Below are positions 38,671 through 50,728 of a stretch of 64,000 nt of DNA, in pieces. The stretch lies in contig CAWAIK010000001.1 of assembly GCA_963782115.1 (NCBI GenBank), positions 1-64,000 of the forward strand. The letters run 5' to 3'. Below the pieces are notes generated by a model. That model worked only from the letters and a program-made list of their open reading frames with translations, did not search any database and was not told where the DNA came from. Position numbers and translations under genes: made by a program. This DNA comes from an uncultured Verrucomicrobiae bacterium. Its GTDB lineage: Bacteria > Verrucomicrobiota > Verrucomicrobiia > Chthoniobacterales > JAFAMB01. The stretch's first letter is position 1, and each line of letters starts with the position of its first letter.

Positions 38671-40689
38671 ATGGCTGCTAAAGCTCACTCAATTTTTGAT
38701 CCGGCGATTATCGGGCCGGCAATCGGGGATTCGTTCAAAAAGCTGAATCCGCTAACTCTGGCCAGGAACCCGGTGATGTTTGTGACCGAGGTGGGAGCCC
38801 TGATCACCACGATGCTTCTGGTCACCGGGCATGCCTCTCATTTCGGATTCCAAATCCAAATCGCGCTCTGGCTTTGGTTTACGGTGCTGTTTGCAAACTT
38901 TGCGGAAGCCATGGCCGAAGGACGAGGTAAAGCTCAGGCGAAAGCTTTGCGGGCGACACGGACAGATACCTTTGCCAATCGCCTGAAATCGGACGGAACC
39001 GTCGAAGAAGTTGCCGCAAATTCGCTACGGAAAGGCGACGTCGTGGTGGTTTCTGCCGGCGAACTCATTCCCGGGGACGGCGAAGTGATCGACGGAGCGG
39101 CGACTGTCGACGAGTCGGCGATTACGGGTGAATCTGCGCCGGTGATCCGCGAGTCCGGCGGCGATCGGAGTGCGGTGACCGGCGGGACGAAAGTCTTGTC
39201 TGATATCATAAAGATTGAGATTACATCGAACCCGGGTGAGACCTTTCTGGATCGCATGATCACTCTGGTCGAAGGTGCGTCGCGCCAGAAAACTCCCAAC
39301 GAGATCGCTCTCACCATCCTGCTTTCGGCGCTGACGTTAATCTTTCTGATCGCGATGATGTCGCTCAAGGCCTTTGGCATCGCCTCTTCGGTTGACTTTA
39401 CGATCCCGGTCCTGGTTGCCCTTTTGGTTTGTTTGATACCGACGACTATCGGCGGATTGCTCAGCGCGATCGGTATCGCCGGCATTGATCGTCTCGTTCA
39501 GAAAAACGTCCTCGCAATGAGCGGCCGTTCGGTGGAAGCGGCGGGAGACGTCGATGTGCTGTTCCTCGACAAGACGGGGACAATCACGATCGGTAACCGT
39601 CAGGCCACCGCCTTCCTTCCCGCTCCAGGAGTGACCAAAGAGCAATTGGCGGACGCTGCGCAACTTGCCTCCCTCGCCGACGAAACTCCAGAGGGTCGGT
39701 CCGTAGTGGTTCTGGCGAAAGACTTTGGTATTCGAGCTCGGGAATTTGGCGAGATGCCTAAGGTGACTTTCGTCCCTTTCACGGCTCAAACCCGGATGAG
39801 TGGTGTCGACCTGGACGGCTTGAGTTACCGGAAAGGATCTGCGGACGCGATTCGCGGCTATGTCGGTGGTAAGATGCCGGGGCCTGTCGAGACGGACGTT
39901 AAGGCGATCTCCAATTCCGGTGGCACACCATTAGTCGTTGCAACACGGGAAAAAGTCCTCGGCACGATCCAGCTCAAGGACATCGTGAAAGGCGGCCTGG
40001 CAGACCGCTTTGAGCGGTTCCGGGCCATGGGAATCCGAACCGTGATGATTACAGGGGACAACCCATTAACCGCCGCTGCGATCGCCAAGGAAGCAGGGGT
40101 GGATGACTTCCTGGCCGAGGCGAAGCCGGAAGACAAGCTCGCGCTGTGCCGAAAAGAGCAACAAACCGGGCACCTTGTTGCCATGACGGGAGACGGGACA
40201 AATGATGCCCCTGCCTTGGCCCAAGCCGACGTCGGTGTGGCAATGAACACCGGCACTCAAGCGGCGAAAGAGGCCGGGAACATGGTCGATCTCGATTCAA
40301 ATCCGACCAAACTGATCGAAATCGTGGAGATCGGGAAGCAATTGCTCATCACGCGTGGTGCGCTCACCACGTTCAGCATCGCCAATGACGTTGCGAAATA
40401 CTTTGCGATTTTGCCCGCCATGCTGGTCGGCACTTTCCCGGAGATCTCTCCGCTGAACGTCATGTTCCTTAAGTCCCCCGAAAGCGCCATTTTAAGTGCC
40501 GTTATCTTTAACGCGGTGATCATCATCGCACTGGTTCCTCTGGCGCTAAAAGGAGTAAAATTCCGGCCGCTCGGTGCTGCCAAAATCCTGGCGAGAAATC
40601 TCCTTATTTATGGCTTGGGAGGAATCATCCTGCCGTTTATCGGAATCAAGCTGATCGACGTTTTAATCACGACCATTGGTCTTGCCTAA
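38671..40689 (+). CDS. kdpB: K+-transporting ATPase subunit B
   Basis: [19 protein letters not shown]. Confidence 0.97.
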   Translation: MAAKAHSIFDPAIIGPAIGDSFKKLNPLTLARNPVMFVTEVGALITTMLLVTGHASHFGFQIQIALWLWFTVLFANFAEAMAEGRGKAQAKALRATRTDTFANRLKSDGTVEEVAANSLRKGDVVVVSAGELIPGDGEVIDGAATVDESAITGESAPVIRESGGDRSAVTGGTKVLSDIIKIEITSNPGETFLDRMITLVEGASRQKTPNEIALTILLSALTLIFLIAMMSLKAFGIASSVDFTIPVLVALLVCLIPTTIGGLLSAIGIAGIDRLVQKNVLAMSGRSVEAAGDVDVLFLDKTGTITIGNRQATAFLPAPGVTKEQLADAAQLASLADETPEGRSVVVLAKDFGIRAREFGEMPKVTFVPFTAQTRMSGVDLDGLSYRKGSADAIRGYVGGKMPGPVETDVKAISNSGGTPLVVATREKVLGTIQLKDIVKGGLADRFERFRAMGIRTVMITGDNPLTAAAIAKEAGVDDFLAEAKPEDKLALCRKEQQTGHLVAMTGDGTNDAPALAQADVGVAMNTGTQAAKEAGNMVDLDSNPTKLIEIVEIGKQLLITRGALTTFSIANDVAKYFAILPAMLVGTFPEISPLNVMFLKSPESAILSAVIFNAVIIIALVPLALKGVKFRPLGAAKILARNLLIYGLGGIILPFIGIKLIDVLITTIGLA

Positions 40690-40706
40690 TCAGAAAAAAA
40701 TCCTTT

Positions 40707-41318
40707 ATGAAAACGTTTCTTAAAGAACTCTGGACGTCAATCGCGGCAACAATCGTGCTTTGTGTTGTTGTCAGCGGTCTCTATCCGGTCTTAATCTGGG
40801 GAGTTGGACAGGTTTTGTTTCCGCATCAGGCAAATGGTAGCTTGGTCGAGAACAATGGCCAGATTGTCGGCTCCGAACTGTTAGCTCAGGGGTTCAGCGG
40901 GGGGAGGTACTTTCATCCCAGACCGTCCGCAGCGGGAACCGGATATGATCCACTCAACTCTGGTGGCTCAAACTTGGGACCGACTTCGCAGAAGTTGATC
41001 GACGGAATCAAAGCGAATGTCGCCCAGTATCGGCAGGAAAATGGTTTGTCCGCGCAAACAGTCGTCCCGGCAGACGCCGTGACCGCGTCAGGAAGCGGCC
41101 TGGATCCCCATATTAGTCTTCAAAATGCCCAACTGCAGATTCCGCGTGTTGCCAAGGAACGAGGTCTGAGCGAGGAGGCGGTGCGCGGCGAAGTCACCAA
41201 GGCAACCGACAGTCCTCTGCTTGGTATCGGCGGTGATCCCGGGGTGAACGTGTTGAGAGTGAACCTGGCTCTGAACGCGCTCGCGCCAAAGGGCGCACTA
41301 GCACAAAAGAAGCCATAG
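40707..41318 (+). CDS. kdpC: K+-transporting ATPase subunit C
   Basis: YFHPRPSA, SGGSNLGPTS, TASGSGLDPHIS. Confidence 0.97.
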   Translation: MKTFLKELWTSIAATIVLCVVVSGLYPVLIWGVGQVLFPHQANGSLVENNGQIVGSELLAQGFSGGRYFHPRPSAAGTGYDPLNSGGSNLGPTSQKLIDGIKANVAQYRQENGLSAQTVVPADAVTASGSGLDPHISLQNAQLQIPRVAKERGLSEEAVRGEVTKATDSPLLGIGGDPGVNVLRVNLALNALAPKGALAQKKP

Positions 41319-41486
41319 TTTCGCGCATGCGGCGCGGTCGGCCTGTGCGGTCCGGCGGTTTCCGGACCGGCGGGCGAACCGTTTTCGCTCCTGGCCCTGA
41401 GCGTCAGCCCACGCGGATGCGGTGCAGATTACATCAAAAACAACTCAGGGAATTCGACATCATCAATTGTATATTCACCGGATCTT

Positions 41487-42617
41487 ATGCCAGTTGCCGA
41501 TAATCCTAATCTGAAGCCTACGCCGGATGACTTTCTAACAATCATCCGCCGGCAACAGCTCGGTAAGCTGAAGATCTACCTCGGGCCGTGTCCCGGAGTC
41601 GGCAAGACCTACCAAATGTTGCTCGAGGGAAACCGGCTTCGAAGACAGGGCGTGGATGTCGTGATTGGTTATGTCGAACCTCACAATCGCCCCGAAACCA
41701 GCGCACAGATCGGCGAATTGGAGATTGTTCCACCTCTGGTGGCGAAGTATCACGGGATCACCTTGAAGGAGATGGATCTCGACGCCGTCCTTGCCAGGAA
41801 GCCGACCGTGGCGCTGGTTGACGAGCTGGCACATACCAATGCGCCGCAAAGCCGGAATCGCAAGCGCTACGAAGATGTGCAGGATCTGCTGCGCGCTGGG
41901 ATCAACATTATTGCCACCGTCAATATCCAGCATTTCGAGTCGTTGTATAACATCGTTGAAGACGTGACCGGCGTTAAGGTCAAGGAGCGTGTACCCGATG
42001 AAGTTATTACCCAGGCGGACCAGGTCGTAAACATTGACTTGCCGGCGGAGGATCTTCTCGAGCGGCTTCAGGCGGGAAAGATTTACCCCAAAGAAAGAGT
42101 TGAAGCTGCACTGGCGAACTTTTTCACTTCCAAGAACTTGAGCCGCCTGCGGGAGATGACGCTAAGTGAGACGGCGAACATTCTTGATCGCAAGAACCGG
42201 GAGGGAGCCGAAACGGAGAGCAACTTCGGTGGCATCGGACAGGTCATGGTCGCAATCAGCAGCCGAGGGCCTGATCCCGGACGATTACTCCGAAAGACCG
42301 CGCGCCTTGCGGCACAGCTCAATGCACAATGGTATGCGGTTTACGTTCGTACGCCCAGCGAATCAGCGGTAAAGATTGATGCGACGGTCCAACGCCGGGT
42401 TGCCGATACACTCGAAGCAGCACAAAAAATGGGCGGTTTGGTGATCTCTCTTAAACATGAAAACGTGGCGCAGGCATTGATCTCATTTGCCAAGGAATAC
42501 GGCATCACTCATGTGGTGATTGGACGTCCGGGCAAAAAATCTCTTCGGTTGTTTAGCCGGGCGCTCCACGATGAATTAATCCAGGAGTTACCCGAGACAG
42601 ACCTGGTAATAATCTGA
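41487..42617 (+). CDS. kdpD: Stand-alone KdpD N-terminal sensor domain plus Usp domain (no kinase)
   Basis: GKLKIYLG..PGVGKTY.ML, VDELAHTN, Usp-like C-terminus. Confidence 0.9.
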   Translation: MPVADNPNLKPTPDDFLTIIRRQQLGKLKIYLGPCPGVGKTYQMLLEGNRLRRQGVDVVIGYVEPHNRPETSAQIGELEIVPPLVAKYHGITLKEMDLDAVLARKPTVALVDELAHTNAPQSRNRKRYEDVQDLLRAGINIIATVNIQHFESLYNIVEDVTGVKVKERVPDEVITQADQVVNIDLPAEDLLERLQAGKIYPKERVEAALANFFTSKNLSRLREMTLSETANILDRKNREGAETESNFGGIGQVMVAISSRGPDPGRLLRKTARLAAQLNAQWYAVYVRTPSESAVKIDATVQRRVADTLEAAQKMGGLVISLKHENVAQALISFAKEYGITHVVIGRPGKKSLRLFSRALHDELIQELPETDLVII

Positions 42618-42740
42618 TAGGAAGTTGTCAGCGCCAGTGTCAGTGTCAGTGCCAGTAGAGTTTACGGCTTCTGACGGAGGGGCTGCTCTACAGTTCGGCT
42701 GATCTAAGCGAAGTGGCCTCCTTGAAGCGTCCGGCTTCGC

Positions 42741-44273
42741 TTACCGCTTGAACGCGTTCAATACCAGGGAACCGGCGAAACTGATCATGATGTTCGCGCT
42801 CAGTGCGATCAAGCCGATGTAAATGGGGTAGGTTTGTCCCCCCAACTGGAGAGGGAAAACCGGTTTCAGCTGCATGGCCTCTGCCATCCATGTGCCGACA
42901 ATCACTCCCGCTAACCAACCCGCGAGCAGCCCTCGCGCATGAAGCGAAGTTCGGAACAGTCCAAACACCACAGCCGGGAAAATCTGCAGAATCCAGACGC
43001 CGCCCAGAAGCTGGAGATCGATAGCGTATTGAGTCGGAAGAAAAACAATGAATACCAGCGCGCCGAGCTTCACACCCAGAGAAACTATCTTGGCCATGGC
43101 TGATTCGCGTGCCGCATCCATCCTGGGATCAATGAATGCCTTCCAGATGTTGCGGGTAAAAAGGTTAGCCGCGCCAATCGACATGATGGCCGCCGGTACC
43201 AGCGCGCCGATTGCGATCGCCGCAAAACTGAACCCTACGAACCAGGCAGGGAACATCTTGATGAAGAGGTCAGGGACGACTCCAGTCGGCTTGTCCAGCT
43301 TGATGCCGGCAGCGATGGCCATGTATCCGAGCAAGCCGATCAGTCCCAGGAGGACAGTGTAAATCGGCAACAGGATCGCATTCTTGCGGACAGTGTCGGC
43401 ACTGGACGAACTCAGAACGCCAGTCATCGTATGCGGATACATGAAGGCCGCTAACGCAGAGCCAAGGGCCAACGTTGCGAATGGAAGCATTTGTGCCGGT
43501 TTGAGAATCAACCCGGCCGCGCCGCCTTTGGCCTGCAGCGCTTCCTGCGCGGCATGAAAGATCGCGCCATACCCACCCAGATGAAGCGGGATAACGGTTA
43601 CTGCCACAATCACGACGATGTAGATCATAACATCTTTCACAAAGGCAATCAATGCCGGCGCTCGCAAGCCGCTGGTATAGGTGTAGAAAGCGAGAATAAG
43701 GAAGGCGACGATGAGAGGGAGATCTCTGACAATCGTATCGAGCCAGGGAAATAGGGAAGCTAATCGGCTAACCCCGGGCGATAAACCGCTGCCGAATCCC
43801 AGTCCAGCTATGACGACCTGCATCCCGATCAGCTGGAGGGCAATGTAGGGCATAACGGCAATGATTCCTGTAATTGCTACCGCCAACCCGAGTGATTTGC
43901 TGGCATAGCGACCATGGACAAAATCCGCCGCGGTCACATAATCGTTATCGCGGCAGATTTTCCAAAGGCGTGGCATCGTGGCAAAGACGAGCGGATAAAC
44001 AATAATGGTGTACGGCAGTGCGAAGAAGCCGTAAGCGCCAACTGAATAAACCAGCGCAGGGACTGCGATCATCGTGTAGGCAGTATAAAAGTCCCCACCT
44101 ATCAGGAACCAGGTGATGGTCGTGCCGAACCGGCGGCCGCCGAGTCCCCATTCCTGCAGAAGGTTCAGATCGCCGGCCTTCCAGCGCGCAGCCACAAAGC
44201 CGAGGACCGTCACCAGCAGAAAAAAGAAGGCGAAGACGGTTGTAGCCGCCCAATCAATCTTGGTCGGGTTCAC
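42741..44273 (-). CDS. Sodium:solute symporter (MctP-like monocarboxylate permease)
   Basis: EWGLGGRRFG..ITWFLIGGDFYTAYT; many TM helices; GTG overlaps the upstream stop. Confidence 0.9.
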   Translation of the reverse strand: MNPTKIDWAATTVFAFFFLLVTVLGFVAARWKAGDLNLLQEWGLGGRRFGTTITWFLIGGDFYTAYTMIAVPALVYSVGAYGFFALPYTIIVYPLVFATMPRLWKICRDNDYVTAADFVHGRYASKSLGLAVAITGIIAVMPYIALQLIGMQVVIAGLGFGSGLSPGVSRLASLFPWLDTIVRDLPLIVAFLILAFYTYTSGLRAPALIAFVKDVMIYIVVIVAVTVIPLHLGGYGAIFHAAQEALQAKGGAAGLILKPAQMLPFATLALGSALAAFMYPHTMTGVLSSSSADTVRKNAILLPIYTVLLGLIGLLGYMAIAAGIKLDKPTGVVPDLFIKMFPAWFVGFSFAAIAIGALVPAAIMSIGAANLFTRNIWKAFIDPRMDAARESAMAKIVSLGVKLGALVFIVFLPTQYAIDLQLLGGVWILQIFPAVVFGLFRTSLHARGLLAGWLAGVIVGTWMAEAMQLKPVFPLQLGGQTYPIYIGLIALSANIMISFAGSLVLNAFKR

Positions 44274-44467
44274 CGGGTCTTGAGGTAGACAATGAAAATC
44301 AAGATCGACGTAATTGGGATCCAGAGGAATTGGTACCAATAAAAGAACGGGAACCCGAGGAGGGTAGGCTCATACGAGTTGTAGAATGGCACCCATAGCA
44401 AGGCGACAAAGGGCACGAGCAAGAGAAGAGCCCATAGGCCGAGCGATTTTTCGGGATTAGGAGCCAT
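44270..44467 (-). CDS. DUF3311 small membrane partner of the symporter
   Basis: LWVPFYN..EP.L.GFPFFYWYQ. Confidence 0.9.
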   Translation of the reverse strand: MAPNPEKSLGLWALLLLVPFVALLWVPFYNSYEPTLLGFPFFYWYQFLWIPITSILIFIVYLKTR

Positions 44468-45363
44468 TACTGAGCGGGCAGTTTAGGGAGGAACGCAAGG
44501 AGTTGCAAGAAGACAGGAGACAAGGGGAAGGAGTTCAGGAGTTGCAGGAGTTCGGGAGACGGAACTCAGGAGTCAGGTCGCGTCAAGTAAGCCCGCCCCC
44601 AGCGAAAGAAATGGAGCCAAGGAGGTACGCTACGTCGCAGCAGCGGCTCGACTGAGCTCGCCGAAGTCGCGCCGGCCCGGAAAAAGGCGATTGTGGGTAA
44701 GTCGCGAGTTGAGACCACTCGACTCCAGCGCCTATCGTTTGTCTTTCTGGCTTTGGCAATGATTGGCTTCACGTTTTTCAGAGCTCCGCGGCAAAGAATC
44801 TTGACCAAAGCGAATAGCAAACTGGGTGGCCGCCAGTTTCCAAGCGATCGGGGGGATTCTTCCATTTTTTGGTAATGTCGCGCAGGACCAAATAGATCAG
44901 CTTAGTGGCGGCTTCATCGCTGGGGAAATGGCCCCTGGCTTTGAGCACCCATAAGCGCTAAGACAAGAAGGTTTTGGAACGATCTATTGGCTTGCAAGGC
45001 TGGCAAGCATTAAGAACGAGTAATCCACATATTTGCGATGGTTTTATGCCCCGCAGGAGCGAGTGCATCGTCTCATAAGTGAGAGGCATACCGCCGTCGG
45101 CGATTTGGCCGATTTTCAAGGCGCGAGCGACGAGCAATCCTGAGATCCGTACGCGAGGAGTCCGGCGGCGTATCTGTTTAGCGTCCTGTCCCAATCCTTC
45201 TCGTCCTCGTCGTCGTCCTTCGTCCTCGGTCGTTTTTTGGGGTGATACGACCGAAACTCCCGTCGCTTGCTTTCTCCATTCATCCTTCTTCCATCCTGCA
45301 AACTGCCTCGATCCCTCAGCGAGGACGAAGGACGACGACAAGGACGTTAAAGATGCGAAAGGC

Positions 45364-45478
45364 CGGGGCAAATAGGAGTTAAAGTCTCTAAGGACGCCTT
45401 TTGAGGCCCAAAAGGGCGGGGCAAATAGGAGTTAAAGTTTCTAGGAGAAATCACGCCCGGGGCAAATAGGAGTTAAAG
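45364..45478. repeat. Three identical 21-bp iteron-like repeats
   Basis: CGGGGCAAATAGGAGTTAAAG at 45364, 45417 and 45458. Confidence 0.75.
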
Positions 45479-45990
45479 ATCGCTGTTTGGAACGCGTAAG
45501 TTATTCTCAGAGCGCTTCTTGTGGATTTGACCCCCTTCCCTATCCTTTTCTTTATCCCCTTTATCCACTACTTAGAAAACCGCTCACGAGCTCGCCAAGG
45601 CGTCAGAAAAGAGGCAGTCAGTGTCTCGCTATCGCCCGCATGAAAAGAAAATGTCTCCCCCCGTTCAAGGGTCGTCCTACGGAACCTGCCAACCAGTTGA
45701 TAGCCCGCTGCGACCACCGCTTTTATTTTCACAAAACACCCGCAAACTGGCCCCTTGCCCGGCCTGCCCTCGGCCGGGAATGGCCATCACCTCATACGCG
45801 AGATGAACACGGTTCACGAGACCCGAAGAAGGTAACAATCAGGAGATTTGCCTTTGGGGACTAACCTTGCCAGGTGCTCCGGATCTCGTCTGCCGCCCCT
45901 GATCCGCTCACACGCCAGCCGAGAGGCCACGTCCGAAAACACACAAACCGCACTAAAAGAGCGCTTTTTACTAAAATACGCTTTCACTAA

Positions 45991-46275
45991 ATGGCCGACT
46001 GCAGCATGCCGGACAACATCAAGAGCCTGATCTGGCTCACCGATCCCCATCTTGAATTCTGCAGTCATCAGACGCGGCACGATCTCTATCGGTCCATCAA
46101 CCAGGCACCCGGCGACACCGTGGTAATCACAGGCGACCTCTCGGCGGGCGCTCACAGATGGGCCCAATAACGGCGAACTGGCCGAGCACGTCAGAAAGCC
46201 AGTCTACTTTGTCCTCGGCAACCACGATCGCTACGGCACGACGTTCGCGAACGCAGAAGCCGTTGTGGACCGCGG
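45991..46275 (+). pseudogene. Metallophosphoesterase fragment, frameshifted
   Basis: WLTDPHL, VITGDLS, then VYFVLGNHD in a shifted frame. Confidence 0.7.
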
Positions 46276-46537
46276 CTTCCCCGAAATCAGCAAGACGATC
46301 CAACTCGACCGCCTGGGCTCGAAAGAATAAGTGTTTCCAATATACCAACGTGGAAACACTTTATGAGGGTTTTGGCGCGGTCCAGCGTAAGATTGCCAAG
46401 GTTTTAGCCGAGAGTACTGATGATGCGTTTCGGGTCGATGCTCGATGCGCAAAAGCAGGAACGCGCAGCGACGGTGGCAATGTTGCGGAACCTGAACTCA
46501 GAACTTCTGAACTTGGCTCGGCCCCACTAAGGGAGTG

Positions 46538-47020
46538 TCACGCGGAGTAAGGCTGCAATCGAACGTTCCCCGGCAAATACAACGGATGCCGCGGTTGTCC
46601 ATCGCTGGTGACTCCAAGGCAATTGAGACCGAAGGGCGCGAGTAATTCCAAAATGCTCTCGGCGCGTCCCAGGTGCGTTCCGTGACCGCCCCAACAACAG
46701 ACGACGGCCGCCGCGGCCTCGCACACTTTCACGATGTGGTGATCATTCATTGGACCAACTGGGTCCTGGTGCTTGAGCATCACCTGCGGATCAGTCGAGA
46801 CCAACGCGAAGAGGTTGAGCATTACAAACCGCTGAAGGCCGAGCTGCTTAGTGAAGCCCAGAATTCTGCGCAAGGTCGGGTCGAGTTGTTGCTCGTCCGC
46901 TACCGAAGGATTGAGGCCGATCCAGGCGGCGTAGCCTTTCGAAGTGGAGAACAAATCGCCATCATCGTGATCGAGAGCATATCGGTATTTCCGGCAATCG
47001 CTGAAGATGCAGGCGTTCAC
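46538..47020 (-). CDS. DUF1643 domain protein
   Basis: YRYAL, IGLNPSVAD...DPT, NLFA..STDP, PRHPLY. Confidence 0.9.
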   Translation of the reverse strand: MNACIFSDCRKYRYALDHDDGDLFSTSKGYAAWIGLNPSVADEQQLDPTLRRILGFTKQLGLQRFVMLNLFALVSTDPQVMLKHQDPVGPMNDHHIVKVCEAAAAVVCCWGGHGTHLGRAESILELLAPFGLNCLGVTSDGQPRHPLYLPGNVRLQPYSA

Positions 47021-49230
47021 ATGCTAATGTCCATTCCTCTGTCGATTTCAGGTATCGCGCGCTCTATTCCCCTCCCCCGGTTCAAATCGATCATCTTCTC
47101 CGCTTCCATCTGCATCTGTTTCGTGATCTCCGCGTAGTTGTGCTCGCCGACCAACTCCAACCCTGAAAGCCGTTCACTCGGCCGGCAGACGGCCTCCCGG
47201 AGTGCCGGCATGCAATCGGTGAACAAATGCATCGACTGGCGGGCGCGGGACATGGTGACGTAAAACTGCGCTTCGTTGACTTGGGAGAAGGCGTCGACTG
47301 GGACGCTGGCAATCAATTGGTCGACGGTCTTGCCTTGGGACGCAAAGCTCGTCACCACAATTCCTTGGTCAACGTGCAGCGGTCCGGAGCGCTTTATCAG
47401 CCGGCCATCCCCGAGCGTGATGTTGTCCTGGTCAACCGCGGTGATTGCACACAATTCGTTGTTTCTGAATTGTTGCCCGACTTCCCGAAAATTCCGCGTG
47501 ATTCTGATCGTGTCACCTGCAGCCAGCTCTAAACGATTCTGGTCGTAGATTTCGAAATGCACCGTCGCGATCGCCTGCAAGCGCTCTGCGTTGTCGTCCA
47601 CTTCGTGAAGGGCGCCATACGCCTGCAGCTTGTCAAAGCCCTGCTCGGTCCGACCGTGAGACAGTTCGTACATCGCGGAACGCAAAGCCGGGACTTGCTG
47701 GCGAAAGATCTTCGAGAGTGATGCCTGGCGGACAGCTCCCGCCCACTCCAGGATCCGCAACGCATCGCCAGATTCAACGCCGTGATGCTGTCGGGTGTCG
47801 CCAGAAAGAATCAGCCGGCAACCGTTCGCCTTAGCAAAGTCGAAAACCCGCTTCATCTGTTTTACGCTCATGAACGACGCCTCGTCGATCCAGATGATCT
47901 GGCCGGCTACTTGTTCTTGCATCAGAGGATTGCGCTCAAGCTGCGTAAAGCCTTCCTTGACCACTCTTTGACGCCCGACCTTGAAGGTGAAAACATCATC
48001 ACCTTTCGACCTGAAAGAGCCTCGAGCGCTTGGACAGCCTCCCGAGCCATTGAGGTCTTCCCGGCACCTGCAGGTCCTCGCACCGATACAGCAAAGTCTC
48101 GCGATTGCAGAAGGTGCTCCACTGCGGCCGCCTGCCCCTTGGCCACCGCTACAGCTGGATTGCGCATCACCCAGGCGCCACCGCGGCCGAGCTGCTCGAA
48201 CTTGTCCTGGCCGGCTCGAGCGGTTTCGACGATCGTCCACTCGTCTGCGAGGACCTCGCGGGTAGTAAGCAGTTTCTCGCGCGGACGAATGAATCGCGGA
48301 TCCTGCCCGGACCAGCGTTCGGCTTGCTGCGGGCTGACCTGGCCGATTCCACGTCGCAGGAGGTGCGCCGCTGCGTCGAGCGTTCGCACGACGGAGATCC
48401 GTTCGAAAAGGTGAGAGATTGAAAACTCCTCCGCGACGGGTCGATCAAGGAGGTGCTCACATCGCGCGCCCATCACGTGCCCATCACGGCTTCCCGTTTC
48501 AGACTCGCAATTTCCTCGGCCGTCATCTGGGCGCGCCAGTTCGCCAGCTGATCATCGGGAGCCAGCACCGCCGCCGACTTCGATTCCCTGGTCCGATAGC
48601 CGATCTCGGCCCGAACGACCTCAAAAGCATCTCCGAAGTCCATGCCGGTCTTTTTCATGAGCAAGCGTGCTTTGGCGGTCAGCATCGCGTGATGCTTTTT
48701 CGCGAAGTCTTCGATCAACTGCGTGCGCTTCGAAAACTTCTCGATCAGTTCACGGCCCACGCTTGCCAGCTCGAAATTCCGATCTGTGCGCCGGATGCCG
48801 TAGCCAGCCTCGACCAACTTTGTCGCCAGTCGGGCGTTAAATGCAGCTTCGTAAAAAGCAGCATTCCTTTTGGCGTTTACAAATTGCCCTGCTTTCCAAA
48901 CCCCCTCTACCGGGTCAAAGGTAGCGTTAAAGACGAAGGGTGGATGTGATAATGCGGATCCGGGATGCCGTCCACTGGCCGGGTTTCCCGGTGGGTGAAG
49001 CAGCCGTACACCAGGTTGCCTGTCGTCCGATCTTCTTGAGCGCCGCCCTTGCGCACACGGCATTCGATGCGCGCCTCGATATCGCCCATCGTCTCCCGAA
49101 ACGCATCCTGGATCATGGCTTCAACGGCCTTGTCGTCGCTAAGTGCAAGATAACAGCGAAACGGACTTAGGAATCGCACAGCAAAAGTCGTATCCTGGCC
49201 GGCGATCTTCTTTGTTCCGTTGCGTCAACG
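47017..49230 (-). pseudogene. MobF/TrwC relaxase-helicase with multiple frameshifts and deletions
   Basis: RPGYDF, PKSVS, H..TRPVDGIPDPHYHIH (HUH), FSKRT, GPAGAGKT, IDEAS, GDTRQH, SQGKTVD, YVTMSR. Confidence 0.9.
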
Positions 49231-49839
49231 TCTCCTTGGTCCCCGGGCTAAGACGGCTGCCAAGCGCATCCAACGTAACGACTTTTGTGCGCAGCAAAGG
49301 GGCGATCTAACTATTGGCCAAATCAAACTCGCCGACGGTCGGGATAATCATTAGCCCCGGCACTCTCAAGCTTGGTCCTCCTTCAATGTCCCAAGAGGGC
49401 GGGAACGCTCTAGTGCCGATCCAAGACGCGCGCTGATATAATTTGCACCAGGTTTCGTGGTGGAACTGGCCTTTACCGAGTCATTTGACTCAGCAAATAC
49501 TAACCACAATGTTAGGTTAGTTAAATCTATACTCCAGTCGTGGTCAATCAGCGGGTAGGGGAAGAGTCTAGATCCATCGCTCACAATCAAGGAGTCCAAA
49601 TGAAAGAGCCTGCTTTTCTTCACGCGTAGCACGCACTCGGGGAAATATGAGTTTCCTCGTGGTCTCAACTCCGCAGACGCTAAAAGCTTGGGGTTAGAGT
49701 GTTTCCGCTGCAGCGCGCCTATTCTCTGGGTCCTGGCAACGGGCAACCCCTACTATCGAGAACCTTTTCTACCCTTGTAAGTGTTTCATCGTAAAGAAGG
49801 CCTTCCAGCTTGAGGCAGGGTGGGAGAGCGTTCGCAACA

Positions 49840-49920
49840 TGAGCAAAGCTAGTGTATCGCGATAACTTCTTTGGGTATTACGTGCCAGATTGCGCTCGGC
49901 TACCATGTTCCAGCAGGAAG
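49840..49920 (-). pseudogene. Integrase N-terminal SAM-like fragment
   Basis: ERNLARNTQRSYRDTLALL. Confidence 0.5.
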
Positions 49921-50104
49921 CGTCTGACCCAGCTGCCCAGTAGGGTGGCATTACTCATTTGATCCCTCCCGGGCATAGTGTTCGAACCGCTTGTTGGCCT
50001 CCTGCAATGGCGGCGGTCAAGGCAAGCCAGAAGTGTCGTAAAAATATGACACTAACGCAGGAGAAAGATTTGAGCTATCGTCAGATCTATGCGACACATG
50101 AGAA

Positions 50105-50305
50105 ATGGCCACAGAAGAGGTAGAGAGCTTAATCAACGAACTAAAGGAGTTAAACGCTAAAGGGATCAGCCAAGCGAAGATCGCTCGGATGCTCGGAGTA
50201 ACGCGACAACGGGTTCACGATTGGTTCAGCGGACGGTCAACGCCAACCTTCGATGCTGGCCTGAAAATCCAGGGTCTTCTCAAGGGTCGAGGGCTGCGCA
50301 AATGA
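50105..50305 (+). CDS. Small XRE-like HTH protein
   Basis: ISQAKIARMLGVTRQRVHDWFSGR. Confidence 0.75.
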   Translation: MATEEVESLINELKELNAKGISQAKIARMLGVTRQRVHDWFSGRSTPTFDAGLKIQGLLKGRGLRK

Positions 50306-50584
50306 TCGACACTCTGAAACTCTCCAAGGGGCTGCAAAAGGCAGGGATGACCGAAGCGGAATCACGGAGGCGCTCAAATGAAACTGGCCGAGATCGAAGA
50401 TGCTGGGGTACTAGCGACCAAGCAGGATTTACAGCTCATGGCTGAACGCTTGGAAAATCTTTTTCACAAGGAACTTCTTGCAGCCACCAGGTGGGCGATA
50501 ATCGTCCTTATTGGTTTTGCTGGAGTTATCCTCGGTGGCGTTTATTTCATGCTGGCCCACTTCAAGCCCTCCAGTGGATGCTAG
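50302..50584 (+). pseudogene. DUF1640/CCDC90-like coiled-coil membrane protein, frameshifted
   Basis: MIDTLKLSKGLQKAGMTE, then LATKQDL and a C-terminal TM helix in another frame. Confidence 0.6.
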
Positions 50585-50728
50585 CGCTAGCGTGGATGAT
50601 CGTCGATATTAAGGGTCATCCAATCATCAGCGGTCTCTGCACCGGGGTTCTCATGTTCGTGCCGATATACGGAATAGGGACCTTACTGTTCATTCTAACG
50701 GGACACTGGAAGCCGTGACGCTCGACGA

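Noticed and set aside
45364..45478. Mini CRISPR array
   Set aside because: Only three 21-bp non-palindromic repeats with unequal spacers (32 and 20 nt) and no cas genes; iterons fit better
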